Assembly: GCA_013265495.1 (NCBI GenBank)
Contig: MU058584.1
Location: 7,654,407 to 7,718,406 of the forward strand
Direction of reading: 5' to 3'
DNA from: Vicugna vicugna
Lineage: Eukaryota
Length of the DNA stretch: 64,000 nt
Part shown: piece by piece, positions 13,494-26,780 of the stretch
Layout: every line of letters starts with the position of its first letter
How positions within the stretch are numbered: position 1 is the first letter of the stretch
Translations under genes and position numbers: made by a program
Notes under the pieces: generated by a model
Seen by the model: the letters and a program-made list of their open reading frames with translations, nothing else
Databases searched by the model: none
What the model was told of the DNA's origin: nothing

Positions 13494-15339
13494 TACCTCA
13501 ATAATTTGGGGCTGGAAAATGCAAAGCAACATTACCATAGTAACGGTATTTTCATAATGACGACCAGCTCCGCTAAGAAAGGTTAAACAATACTTTTCAC
13601 TCTTTGTTTAAGGTCATGGAGAATTGTATAACAATAATAAGACGCTTTAAAAGGGGCAAGCATTGGTTATCTGGAAAAGTCACTGTGGAGACCTGGAGAT
13701 GGTCTCCCAAAAGTTCTCCACTGGTGAGAAGAGAGGCAGCAAATCCCCCTTAGCTCCACAGTACGTTCATGTGCCTCTTATTGCCAGGATATGTTGGATT
13801 TCTATTATTCCACTTTTAAAGAGTTGTAGTCACCAGCCTTACTGAGATGGCTTCGATGATCCTTAAAGAAGCCTACTACATAATTAAGTAAGAGATTTAA
13901 GGAAAGGAAGGAGATTAAAAACAAAACACATGAAAAATAGATAGACATCCTGGTCAAGCCCAGGCCTTCCATAATGGATGCTTTAAGGTATGGTGGGAAT
14001 TACGTCTGATTTGGCTCTTTCATTCTTTCACCTGTTAGAGTTTCAGGTCTTCAGGAGAAAGCTTTTAAACTAGAATTTTGTAAAGCAGCCCGTTTCTTGA
14101 ATACTATGCAAATAATTTCATAAGAAAGAAAGTTATGGTATTAATTTTTATAAATAATTTTGCATTTAAAGTGCTAAGTTGTTATTTTTGACTATTAAAA
14201 TTGCATTAGACCTCTCAAAAGCTATTTAGAAAAAGAATGGCAATAGGAAGGCAGGCCCATTGTATTTTTTGAAGAAAGCTGGTTTTCACAATATTATTCA
14301 CATTTTGTAAACAGCATCAGTGAACCTGCACATGAAAGGTTAAATGTTTGCAGACCATTCTTTTTTGCCTCAAAGATCAGAGACAAATTACTATTTTTAT
14401 TTTACATTCCCTTGATGAGGATAATGATAAACATCTGTCATTTCAGTGCTTAGACTGCAAAGAATCCTACTGCAATCCTATAATTTAAACAAAGGAAAAA
14501 ATACATAGTCATACACAGTATTCATACGGAAAAGAGCATGATGGAGAATTTGCTTAAGACTGGGGGTTAGAGAAAAGGGAGCATTTGCTCTCTACGATTT
14601 CTCAGTTAAAAGAAAAACTCCATGTATTTACATTTTTCCCATTCATCTTAGACATATTAGAACGGGCACTTACTCCTTCTTTCTTTCTAATATCAGAAAA
14701 GAAATTAAATTTGCCTTTTGAATTCTATGACTCCCCATCGTGTCCATGGTATTAACAAGGTAGTTAAGAGTTGCATGTGACTGTGTGTCTACTGGTGTTT
14801 CCAGAAGCTAAAGAGAATTTCTGATTGTTTTACTGGTTACTCTGGAATGCTTCTATTTTTTTTTAATGTTGAGAATTAAAACGTTCAGTGTTCTCCATTC
14901 ACTTTGGCACATTGCTTATTAATTGCCTCCGGTTTCAAAAAGGGAAGGTCAGTGTCTTTTGTATACTTTGATACGCAAAAATGAAAGTAAGGCAAAGTGT
15001 TAGGAATAGTGTGAAGTGGGAAAATTCAGTGTTTCTATATGAAAATATGGATGGTGATATAATTTTCCTGGTGTTTCGTATTCCTGGAGGTTCTTTTAAT
15101 ACTGTTTATTCTGGTTTTCTCTTTTGGCTGAATTATTTATTTATTTATTTATTTATAGAAATATAAGTATTTAAATGATATCTTTTTCTTAGAAACTCTT
15201 TTTGCATTTCTTATTTTATCTGTGAAACTGACTTGATCTATTACAGATGTTTTCCTGTTTCATATCTCTTGATTTTTTTATATGTAGGGAAAAAAAGGAA
15301 ACAGGTTTAACATTATATTCATCTTAAATTTATTGAACA

Positions 15340-15482
15340 CATTTCAGCTCTCAGAGCCTCAGGATGCTCCTCTGTAGGGTGACAATAACAATGGTGCCCA
15401 CCTCCTAAGGTTGTGTTATGAATCTCCTGTGTAAAGTGCTTAGCACGGTGCCTGGAACACAGTAAGTGCTCGATAAATGTTC
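15340..15482 (+). mobile_element. MIR SINE 3' half
   Basis: tgtaaagtgcttagcacggtgcctggaacacagtaagtgctcgataaatgt. Confidence 0.75.
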
Positions 15483-15894
15483 CTGGGAGAGGTAGTATGT
15501 TGAGGCTGAAATGCTGTCGTCCCCGCCCGTTAAATCCAGCAGTAAAATCCCAGGATGTTTCAGATCAGAGAGACAAACTGAATTGAATTGTATCCACTGT
15601 GGAGATTAATATTGCTTTATGTAAAAGATGTTTTCCTCACAAAGCTGTAGGTCAAGTGTTCTCACTTATATGTGTGTGTGTGCGTGTGTGTGTGTATATA
15701 AACACATATATAATTTCTTAATCATTTTATCATTCTCACTATAATCAAGTAGTAGTGGATCCTAACTCATCAACCTGGGGTTTCTCTGGTGTCCAGTTTC
15801 TCTAACAAGTAGGCACTTTTGGAGACCCTGAAATGCACAGAGGCAGCTTCCTTGATTTAGGTGAATCCTCGTGTAGTGCTAACTCCTCCCCTTC

Positions 15895-16170
15895 TCCTCA
15901 TTTGCTGGTGCAGCAAGCTCTGTGCTAGATGCTGAGAAGGGAGAGATGAACAAGACCCCGGAGTCTGATAGGGGAGAAGCATAAAACTAGGCTGGTATTA
16001 AATAATAAAAGTAGTACAGGACACAGATGAAGTACAGTGTGGGGAGTGGCGGAGGATGTAAGGGCCATCGGGAGCTCATCTAGAAGAGATGATGTTGGAG
16101 CTGGGTTTTGAAAGTTTAAAAAAGGCCTTCACAGATGGGAGGAAGAGATTCCAGGCAAGGGGTTTAGCTT
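15895..16170 (-). mobile_element. L2 fragment
   Basis: ctctgtgctagatgctgagaag...gatgttggagctgggttttgaa...ttccaggcaagg. Confidence 0.55.
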
Positions 16171-16329
16171 GTGGGAAACATGGAGGTATAAAAAAAATAC
16201 AGTTTGCCATTTTTTTATTGCCTGAACTGAAAATGTCTTATGCTCAAATTTTTCATCTTAAATTTTCATAATGTGTATTGGGATTCAGGTAACTCTCAAC
16301 TCTTATTCCATGAATATTCAGAAAGGAAG

Positions 16330-16570
16330 AAGGGAAACTAACATGTATTGAGCACCAATGAGGCCCTTGGCTGGGTCATTTCATATGCCTTATCTCATTT
16401 AGCTTCTCCAAGTTTTCCCCATGTTAAAGTGTATCCCCAGATAAAAGATGGGGAAGCTGGGGCTCAGTTACATGAAGTGAAGTGTGGCCACACAATCAGT
16501 ATACGATAAAGCCTGAATTTGAACCTGAAGTTTTCACTTTCAAGTACATATTCTTAAAATGATATTGCTG
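16330..16570 (-). mobile_element. MIR SINE
   Basis: acatgtattgagcacc...agatggggaagctggggctcag...gaatttgaacctg. Confidence 0.65.
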
Positions 16571-16806
16571 TTACCACCGATATTTAGAACTTGAGTTCAG
16601 CGTGGAGCACAACTGCAGTGATTTTTATGCCCTGGAAAGAAGTCTAGGAACATGATTGGTTGTTTTTTCTTTTTTCCCTCCCATGGCTTTTTACCTATTT
16701 ATCCCAGGTCCTATTGTGCTAATATCATGACTACATAAGACCTGATTGAATTCTTTCTTTTGGTGACCAAACCATTGGAAAAGAAATGGTATAGGAAACG
16801 ACTGTC

Positions 16807-17593
16807 TTTTTTCTTTTTTTAACTGAAGTACAGTCAGTTACAATGTGTCAATTTCTGGTGTACAGCACAATGTCCCAGTCATGCATGTACATACATATAT
16901 TCATTTCATATTCTTTTTCATTAAAGGTTATTACAAGATATTGAACATAGTTCCCTGTGCTATACAGAAGAAAGTGGTTTTTTAATCTAGTTTTATATAT
17001 AGTGGCTAACATTTGCAAATCTCAAACTCCTAAATTTATCCACTCCCACCCCCTTTCCCCATAAGATTGTTTGCTATGTCTGTGAGTCTGTTTCTGTTTT
17101 GTAGATGAGTTCATAGTGTCCTTGTGTCTTCTTTTTTTTCGATTCCACATGTGAGTAAGATCATCCGGTATTTTTCATTCTCTTTCTGGCTTACTTCACT
17201 TAAAATGACAATCTCTAGATCCATCCATGTTGCTACAAATGGCATTATTTTATTCTTTTTTATGGCTGAGTAGTATTCCATTGTATAAATATACCATAAC
17301 TTCTTTATCCAGTCTTCTGTCATTGGACATTTAGGTTGCTTCCATGTCTTGGTTATTGTATATAGTGCTGCTATGAGCACTGGGGTGCATGTATCTTTTT
17401 GAATTAGAGTTCCCTCCAGATATATACCCAGAAGTGGGATTCCTGGATCATATGGTAGGTCTATTTTTAGATTTTTGAGGAATCTCCATACTGTTTTCCA
17501 TTAATGGCTGCACCAAACTACATTCCCAACAGCAGTGTAGGAGGGTTCCCTTTTCTCCACACCTTCTCCAGCATTAATTGTTCATGGACTTTT
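16807..17593 (-). mobile_element. 5'-truncated L1 (ORF2 C-terminus plus 3' UTR) with TSD
   Basis: ORF 17111-17380(-) IAALYTITKTWKQPKCP...WYIYTMEYYSAIKKN is the L1 ORF2p C-terminus. TSD gaaacgactgtc (16795-16806) / gaaacaactgtc (17594-17605). Confidence 0.92.
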
Positions 17594-18980
17594 GAAACAA
17601 CTGTCATTTTTATAAACTTCCAATCCCCTCTCTTACTGTTGTAGCAGTAAGATGCCCCAGAATGTCCTCCAGTTGTCACCCTGAAGTATGGCATCAGACT
17701 CTTAGTACTGGACAATGATTGTTGTGTTTTAGAGTGAGCACATGTTAATATTTTTAAGGTGTTAAAAGAGCAACAGAAGTCTATGTAAATATTTAGAACT
17801 AATTTCCATCTATCTTTGTTATGGTTGATTTTGTGGCCTACAAATATGCCTTGCGCACATGTGTATTGATCCAAAGTTAAGCTTGTCATTTATAGATCCG
17901 TATAAACTGTTCAGCAGAGTGCTTTGTCAGGAACTGACTGGATGATTGAAAACCTAGCAAATCAAAGTATGTACATTTCCAAAGAAAAGTACTTCATGTC
18001 CGCATTGGAAGCAATAAATTATTCCTTCCCCCTCTTTTTTTTGCATTCATAATTAAATCTTTCCAAATGCTAGAAAGTAGCCAGACCACTAACAATATTT
18101 GTATCATGTTCTGGGGCTTAGATGGTTCAACCTGACTTGGAATGGAGACCATTTGTTCTAAATTGATTTCAATGCCAAGCCAATAGGTCAGCCCTTAATG
18201 ATGAAGATGCCATTCCAGCCCAGCCTCTGGTGGATAAGCCAAAATTAATTAACTCAAGTTGCATAGTATAGGAAACAGATGCTTCTCTCATGTTGCACAA
18301 ATAAATTCTTTGTGTATAGATGTGTTCTGTTTTATTCAAAGAATAACAAGTTGGAAGTTATAATTGAAAGTTTTTCACAATGGAGCCAGCCTTTAGTAGT
18401 GATGACAGAAGCATGAGTTTATATAACAAATTCCAGCAAGTGCATGGAAAAATGAATTATCCTCTATATCTCTTATTTTGGCTCCAGGCCAGGCCTAGGA
18501 GATTTGCTTTTAAATCCAAGCTGATCCAAATGCTGATCCATTCCAGAGCAGACCTAGGAGTTCCAGGACAACACCAAGGTTATTTCTAATCTGTAGAATC
18601 CCTGGAGAGGTTTATATCTGCCTCATACGTTTGGATTCAGTTCTCTGGCCAGTTTGCAAATGGCTGAAGATTAGATTGTTCTCTAGAGGTCTGTTGTTAG
18701 GTGCACTGTTTATCTGGTTATTCATCTAAACATTCATAAACATTCATTCAGAATTACAATACTTGCTTTTCCTAGGTTGTGGCAGGCTCAAGGTAGAGCA
18801 ATGACTACATGACTCTGATCTCTTTTCAGAATTCATGGCTGTTTGATAAGGTAAAGATGTTACCATCTAGTAGTAAGACTCCAGATTCAGTAAACAGGAG
18901 TCAGTCATCTGACAGTGTCCAGTACTTTTTTCCTTCTGAATAAATGGGAAATAATCCATGTTTTCTTTCCTTTCTGTCAG

Positions 18981-19145
18981 ACTGAAAGTGATGAAAATGG
19001 CCAAGCAGAAAACTTCTCTATGGACCCTCAGTTGGAGAGGCAAGTGGAGACCATCCGCAACCTCGTAGACTCCTACATGTCTATCATCAACAAATGTATC
19101 CGAGACCTAATTCCAAAAACGATAATGCACCTTATGATCAATAAC
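18981..19145 (+). CDS. DNM3: Dynamin-3 internal coding exon (PH-GED linker and start of GED), 165 nt, phase 0/0
   Basis: Acceptor ttttctttcctttctgtcAG and donor AAC|GTAAGT. Translates [55 protein letters not shown], recognisable as dynamin-3. Confidence 0.97.
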
Positions 19146-20029
19146 GTAAGTGATTATAAACTGTCTCCCTTGAACTTCCTACCCACCCTAGTGTGGAAAT
19201 TGCTCACATTCTCTTCAGTTTCTCTGTGATATTTTCTGGATGGTTGAAATACCTATTACCTAGGTTTATCCTTTTCCATTACAAGTGATAGATGATTGAC
19301 CAGTGGAAGAGAATTTAGGAAAGAAAACATAAAACTTCTAGCTACAGTACTGTGGTATTCCCTGTTGGCCATCTCCTCGAGGAGGGCATGAATTTGCTTA
19401 TACTACAGCAGAGAAAAAAATACTATAGTCAGGGTGTAAATCAGTTGCAAAGCCAGCAATAAAACCAGATAGCCTGGCTGCTAGACTTTGAGATTAAAGC
19501 CAAAGATATTTATTCTTTTCTACACACACAATATGGTAATATGATTATTTTCACCTTCTAAAAACTATGGAATGTTATCTTAACCTGGGAAAGGGCTTTT
19601 TGCCCTTTTCCCTTGGATACAAAGTCAGTCACCTTTTCTTTTCTAAGGTAAAGATGGTAGAGCCACAGAGCTCAAAGTTCCTGCTCGACTAGCCACCAGT
19701 TGACCTATATTGCGTAGAATCTCTCCCTTTTCATGGTCATCTTTATAGCAGTCAGGATAGGGTACTTAAATTACATGGTCTGGTTTGGTTCTTTTGGTAG
19801 CTCCTTTGTTAAAGTACAAATAATATCACAATTTATTTGAGAACGTATTTTTTAGATAAGGTAGGTTATAATGGGGTGTTTTATAGCAAGCTTTTCTGAC
19901 TCTTGAAAAGTGAGACACCAACAGTTTTATTACTGGTTATCTTCTAAGGACACCTTTTTATTTCAGTCAATGATATATTATAAACATTTGTTTATAACAA
20001 ATAAAAATTAGGTGGTAAAGTACTGAAAA

Positions 20030-20220
20030 GACCCCCACACTAGAATTCAGGTGAAACCTGGATTCTACCCTGGTTCTGCTACAGACTCTGTTAACTTAGG
20101 ACAAATCACTTAAATTTATTATATCTATTACCTCCATATGTAAAATACTAATTATAGAATAGGCATCTGGCTTAGGGATTTGTTCCTGAAGATAATGTAT
20201 ATGACACTACAATGAAAAAT
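20030..20220 (+). mobile_element. MIR SINE
   Basis: acctggattctaccctggttctgctac...aacttaggacaaatcacttaa...tgtaaaat. Confidence 0.6.
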
Positions 20221-20295
20221 GCAATTTAAGAGACTAATATGGCTACCTACTTAAGAACTATAAATAGCCATTATCCATATTTTAAGATTCCTTTC

Positions 20296-20993
20296 TGGGA
20301 TAGCCATTATGGGAAACAGTATAGAGAGTCCTCAAAAAACTAAAAATAGACTTACCATATGATCCAGCAATCCTACTCCTGGGCTTATATCTGGAGGGAA
20401 CTCTAATTCAGAAAGATACGTGCACCCCAATACTCATAGCAGCACTATATACAATAGCCAAGACATGGAAGCAACATAAATGTCCATTGACAGATGACTG
20501 GATAAAGAAGTTATGGTATATTTATATAATGAAAAATGAAATACAGCCATAAACAAGAATAAAATAATGCCATTTGCAGCAACATGGATGGACCTGGAGA
20601 TCATCATTCTAAATGAAGTAAGCCACAAAAAAGAGAAAGAAAAATGCCATATGATATCACTCATATTTGGAATTTTGAAAAAGAAAAAAGAGGACACTAA
20701 TGAACTCATTTATAAAACAGAAACAGACATAGTAAATGATCTTATGGTTACCGAGGGAATGGGGGTGGGAGTGGATAAATTTAGGAGTTTGAGATTTGCA
20801 AATGTTAGCCACTATGTATAAAAATAGATTTAAAAAACCCAAATATCTTCTGTATAGCACAGGGAACTATATTCTATATCTTGTAATAACCTTTAATTTA
20901 AATGAATATATGTATGTATATGTATAACTGTGACATTATGCTACATACCAGAAATTGACACATTGTAACTGACTATACTTCAATTAAAAAAAA
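20296..20993 (+). mobile_element. 5'-truncated L1 (ORF2 C-terminus plus 3' UTR) with perfect 12-bp TSD
   Basis: MPFAATWMDLEIIILNEVS ORF2p remnant and poly-A. TSD aagattcctttc at 20284-20295 and 20994-21005. Confidence 0.93.
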
Positions 20994-23079
20994 AAGATTC
21001 CTTTCAAAATTCTATTTCTAAATATGCCCGTCTATTTGTTGTTCAGGATCTGCTGGTTTCTTGACTTTAACAAGCCACCAACAGTCACGTGAGCAATCTT
21101 GTTTTTAACTCTATCTTTGTATACATTTTGTTTATTCAAATAAGATTAGTAGGATGCTTTGAAGTATCAGCAGCAGGTAAACAACGTATTGGAAATACAT
21201 TGGAAACTATAAATTGTATTTTTAAGCCTGATCAATGGCCTGACCTGAAGCAAATCATTTGGCCCCTCTGAGTTGAAATCAGTTTTAAAACTGCAGTAAG
21301 AACCCTGAGCTGCCCTACAGAATTGTCAGAGAACTTAATAAATGTGGCTAGATGCCATTTTGAAAAATATAAAGTACTAAACAAACAGTCTGTGTATTTC
21401 TAAAATTACCCTCTTAACTTGACTTAAATGAGTTCAGGTTGTTTTGCAGTGGGATCCAGGCACTTGCTTATTTAAACATTTTCCTGATTAAGTATCATTT
21501 ATCTTTTCACTGTTTTACCGAGAGTCATTAGTGCTGCCATCAGTTCAAACGCTTCTCTGCTCTGTACGATATTAAATCATCCGCACAGGAAATAGCACTT
21601 CCTGTCTATAGCTGTGAGGACTGGCTTGACATAAATTAGTTAAAGGGAAGGAAAAAAAAGAACCCTATTGCAGATTTATCCTACTTTCACCTTCTCAAGG
21701 AAGACACACACACAAAGGAACACGAGGGTAATCGCCCTCTCCCCTCACCGCTGTGCTCACTTGCTTTATGAATTGGCTAAACCCCCATCTACAGAGGATT
21801 CGCCATGGAAGTGAGGTTCTGCTAGTTGTCTTGAGGGGAGATCTCACAGAAGAGTCATGAGAAAGGAGGCTTCAAGTGAGACTTGATCTCCAGGGTCAAA
21901 CCTCAAAGCAGAGATGAACAGGACTATGGAGAAAGCAAAAACATCATGTCATGCTGGATTCTTAAGAAATTATGGTTACCATTATTTAAATTTAACTTTT
22001 CCGATCTACCAGAAAGTAGTTTTACGTGTCTAGGGTGATTGCTTTTCTCTGAGTATTATTTTTTTTCCTGCATTCTTACTGCATCTGTAAAAATGTATCA
22101 TTTTATATATGCAATATATATTTTACATTTCTACAAATAATTCTGTATACTTCAAAATACAAATCCCTTTTTTCAGACGTACTCATGTTCTCGTGCCGTC
22201 TTATGGTACGGAACATCTGAGCCTTTTTCATTCTTTCCGAAAGCAGCCTATTGCGTACAAGGAACAGAAACACAGTGAACACCCAGCACTGTGGCATGCA
22301 CATGTGTCGATTTTTTAACTTGGTTTAACGTGACGAGATCTTCAAGTGAGAGAATTAATCATAGAATCACAGCAAGAAAACAAATACTCCGACTCCTCAT
22401 TCTGAATTCCATCCTCTTAACCCTGCTGTGTCTGTAAATGACTGCGGGAGCGAAAGCTAGTTAATTCCCCCGGAACCCATCAGTGCCTCAAGCTGGGTCC
22501 TCTGTTGTCGACTGTCACTATTGAAAGCGGAGCTGTGGCCTTTCCTCTTGGAAATGGGAATGGCTACTCTGCCTACCGAAAAAGAATACGTTTCGGCCAA
22601 CTTTCATGAAGTTCAGAATTTGGTGGGCAGTTTCCTTTGAAAGTTTACATTAAGTGTTCTGCCACTCAAGTCTCCATATGGAATTGTTTAAGAAGTTTAA
22701 AGCCAGCAATAAATGCCTTGCCTCAGACATACTGTAAGCCTTTGTCTATTGAAATGCAGCAGCTGTTTCATTGCTTAAACATACCAGGTAACAGAGGCAC
22801 AAAGAAATAGCAGGTTTATGACAGGCGGTTGTTCTGGACAGGCTACAGTCGAAGCAGAGAGTTTTGTTCGAGACGTTAAAGTTAACACACACACAACGCC
22901 CCACGGCCGGCATGTGTTGACGGCCTCTTCTCTGTAGCTTACGCCACCAGAAGTTCTCCATCAGAGAACCAAGTAAGTGGACCCAGCTTTCTTCGAAAAG
23001 TGTCAGCAGCAAAGTGGCACATAATTCTGTGTTTGAACCCACAGGACAGCCACCTGTTGGGCACTCATGATTTTGTCCA

Positions 23080-23210
23080 GATTCTAAATGAAGAAATTGA
23101 GGCCCCAAGAGGTGAAGTGACTTGTCCAAGATCATACCGCTGGAGGTGGCAGAGTCACGACTAAAGTCCATGTCTCCTCATCGACCATCTTATACTCTCT
23201 CCATTTCACC
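23080..23210 (-). mobile_element. MIR SINE
   Basis: aaatgaagaaattgaggccccaagaggtgaagtgacttgtccaagatcatac. Confidence 0.75.
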
Positions 23211-23619
23211 ATCCGATAATGCATGTGGCAGGTTCAGAAAACCATCAGTCAGCCTCCTCAGACTCAGAGGCTCCGAGCCCCGCAGCACACACGGAGGCTG
23301 TCTTCCCAGAGGGTTCACTTTACTCAAAGATTTAATTAGGGTTTGTCTGAATACGGGAAACAATGGTTTGAATCTTAACTAGTAAGTAATTTAAAACATT
23401 GTTCTTCACATTCAAACAAATGCAGATAAATCTGAAAGAGATTGTAAAGTTTTTATGAAATTTTAAGAACCAAATATGAAACCTAGAGGCATTTCACACT
23501 TGGAGCCGGTGCCCTGGACGCCTGGAGGTCCACATTAACTTTCCTCGGCCATGGGCGCTTTGGTGGAAAATTAGTAACATGTGCCCCAGTTTCAAAACTT
23601 ACTGTACTTTAATGTGTGT

Positions 23620-23910
23620 GAAGTGGAGTGTTATTTTAAATGTTCATTATTTGAGGGGAAAGTACATCTTAAATACCAGCGCACTGATTTGTTTCCATGG
23701 GTCAGGAATTCTGCCTCCTGCTCAAGAAACAGATCCAGACCAGGACCCAGAAGCCCCGTTTGTGCCCCCACCTGGCCCCCATCACTCCCCACCAAGGGCA
23801 ACACTCCTGCGTCCTTACACCGTAGATTAGTTCTGCCTGTCCTCGAACTTTGGAGTCATACACTATATGCCTCTTTGTGTCTAACTTTTTCGTTCAACCT
23901 TTGTGAGTCA
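23620..23910 (-). mobile_element. Old L1ME-like 3' fragment
   Basis: agattagttctgcctgtcctcgaactttggagtcatacactatatg. Confidence 0.6.
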
Positions 23911-24914
23911 AAGGATGCTACTTCTTAAAGAAGGAAAACTTCATTAGTCTCTAACACAACAAAATCCCTAGGAAATGGAAAGGTAGCTTGAGTACAAATG
24001 AGAGAATTGTGAGATCTCAGAGAACCACAAAATGCTCACCAAGCCCCTCTCCAAAACTGAGCAAAATTCACCTTCTCAGTTAAATTTTCTTATGTGTATT
24101 CACGTGAAAGAGTTATCACTGTCCCATTCTGTGGCCCCCACGTCTGGAAACCAAGAGACTTTAAGGAAATGGTTTTCTTAGTAACTAAGTTGTGTGAAAA
24201 CCCTAGAAATGTCTCTTCTACTTGTGAAGGCTTTAAAATGGTCTTAGTAATAAAGACAAAGAAAGTTAAGAATCCAAACATACTGCCAGTTGCTAGAGAA
24301 GGGTTAAAGTAAGAAAGAGGAAAACATGTGGAACGTTTTTAATGACCTCACATTCCTTTACACTGAGCAGAACGGCGTGGGGCAGGACGCCTGTTTATCT
24401 AGCCTGCAGAGCTCGAAGTGGGATAAGGTTTTGTGTGTGAGAAATTTTTTGTGAGCCATACGAAGATGTGTAGGTTATAAGGTGTTATAATAAAAGGCAG
24501 AAATATTATTCCAAATCTCACACCCAAGTTTAGTTAGTTTATGTCATGTTCTGTGAGGTACTTTCTAAATGCTCTTCTCTAAAAGGGACCCACTGGGCCT
24601 CCAACTGTACAAAATCCTTGAGTTAAGTATTTGTACCACTGACATACAAACTGCCCAGAAAGTCCCTGAAGTGTCTGGAAACTCCCCGAAGTCCCTCTAC
24701 CTTTGTTCCAGTTGTAGCACGACCAAGCTAAGGCTAGCAGGAGAAGAGTCTTTCTAAAATTGTTCTTAAGTGCAAAATAAAATGTGGACTTACAGCTCAC
24801 CACATTGAACTGTACCACTCACTGCTGGCACTGTTGCTCCAGCCTCCTATTTATTCTTCTCTTTCTACCTACCTAATGCTAAGTCAGACTATATACTGGA
24901 AAAAGGGAAATTTT

Positions 24915-25150
24915 TATTTACGGAGCACTGACTCAGTGCTCCACATCATGCTAGGCAATTTATATTCAGTATCACTGAATGCTCGCAACAACTTTTGAGA
25001 CAGCTCCTACCATGATCCTCGTTTTACAGATCAGGAATCTGAAACTGAGACGTTAAGTTATTTGTCCCCAAAAACGTGTTAAGAGCTAGCACTCAAATTC
25101 AGTGCTATCTGATTCCAAAGAATATGCCCATAACTACTGTGCTATATTGT
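24915..25150 (-). mobile_element. MIR SINE
   Basis: atttacggagcactgac...ttttacagatcaggaatctgaaactgaga. Confidence 0.7.
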
Positions 25151-25649
25151 CATTTTGTCTCATGCTCACATTATTCATGTTATTTCAGAACATTGCCAAA
25201 TCTTTTGACTAGTAGGCAGATTTTCATGTGTAACATTTTGACATGGAAGAGTTGATTCAAGGCAGATCTTTGATCAGAATGCTGAACTGGGCTCTTATTG
25301 TTTCATTTCGTGGTTTGTTTGACAGTTGCTCCTTAATTCAGATCTGCTTTAAATCTATTCTTGGAAGGATCTTCTTTTAAATTGTGTTTAATAGATTCTA
25401 AGTGATACTCCAGGAAGATGTAAAGCTTCAAAAGAGCTTAACCCAACTGATGGTCAATGCCAGGAAAATTGTCTGTTTTTGAGTTTGGAGTTGTACCATC
25501 TCTCCAAGTACGGACACACACCTAACAGTGGAAGATTTGTGCAAATGTACATGATTCCGTGGGCAACTGCAAGTGTGTTTAGAAGCAAATAAATCTTCAA
25601 GGAGGGGAATGAAATATTCCTGAAGCCAAATTTACTGTCTTTGCTCTAA

Positions 25650-26130
25650 ATCTGACTTTCCTTGATTTTCACTTTCTCTTCTCTCATTCACCGAAACCTC
25701 AATGTTTGAAGTGTCTCTGTTCTTTTCTTCCTTGCCCTTCACCTCCAAACAGCAGCAAGTCCAGTTGGTTTTTCCTTTCTAATATCATTTATACGTGCCT
25801 GTATTTTTTGTTCCACTGCAGCCTTGCTCAATTGAACCCTTATCATCTCGTAAATGATCTGTGATGGTCTTCGAACAGATTTCTTAATCTCCGCTACCAC
25901 TCTTGCAAATTCTTTTCAAATCACAACCAGATTGATTCTCCTAAAACTTCTTTTATTATTTTACTTAGTTGTTTAAAAGCCTTCCATGGCTCCCCATTGC
26001 CAAGTGGATAAAGTTCAAACACTTTTCCTTGGCATTCAAGCTCTTCACATCGGCCCCAGGTTACCTGGCCAAATATACCTTCCATAACTATCGCACATAA
26101 ACCTACTCTACCAGACAGTTGCCCGAATAC
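25650..26130 (+). mobile_element. L2 fragment
   Basis: tgtttaaaagccttccatggctccccattgcc...ggataaagttcaaac...ggcattcaag. Confidence 0.65.
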
Positions 26131-26589
26131 GTCTTGTTTATTAGATTACATCCACATTTGATTCACTCCTGGTTTACAGAATATGTGCAGAGAAAACTTT
26201 TTATTTCACCACAGTGAAGCTTAACTTTCTGATTAGGAAATCTATTTACATGGTTTGAGACCTTTAAAAAAATAGTGAAGCTATGTGTTTTTCAGTCTTG
26301 TCATCTCTGAGTTACAAATTGAACTACAATTCAGAAATTTTGAGCATCTGACAGGCGTTCTATTGTCTGTCTGAATTTGTAACAATTAAATACACTGGCC
26401 TTGGACCTTTCTTAGAGAGATCCAGTGTCTCTAGATAAGCATTAGCTTTCTCATTTAACAGAGAAACTGAAAGAGCCAAGCTGGTTAATTTTTCTGGGCT
26501 TAAGTTAATTGCTGTACTTGTGCACCACTCTAAAACAATGTTTAAATGTAAATTATCTTTCCTAAGCACCCAAAGTAAGGCATAGGAGT

Positions 26590-26780
26590 AACAGAAAGAG
26601 CCCTAGACTTCAAGCCAGAGGATTTGGGGTTCAACTTAATGTTGTGTGTCTTTGGGCACGTTACTTAAACTCTCTGAACTTCAGTTCCTTCATCTGTAAA
26701 ACTGGGGTGATACTCTCTGTCTCATAAACATGCAGTGAGAAGTAAGTCAGATAACTTGTGAAGGCACTCGGAATCACATT
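26590..26780 (+). mobile_element. MIR SINE
   Basis: tgtgtgtctttgggcacgttacttaaactctctgaacttcagttccttcatctgtaaaactgggg. Confidence 0.75.

Noticed and set aside
13531..13544. RFX X-box-like motifs (ATTACCATAGTAAC; also 30717-30730 and 36390-36403)
   Set aside because: Each has mismatches and none is near a supported promoter. They cannot be told from chance without conservation data.
15288..15304. Possible DNM3 microexon (tatgtAG|GGAAAAAAAGGAAACAG|gtttaa)
   Set aside because: 17 nt breaks the frame, the donor is poor, and it does not match the short GNNK-type insert I recall for DNM3.
17111..17380. 89-aa ORF (and 20567-20821) as host genes
   Set aside because: These are L1 ORF2p C-terminal remnants in truncated retrotransposons.
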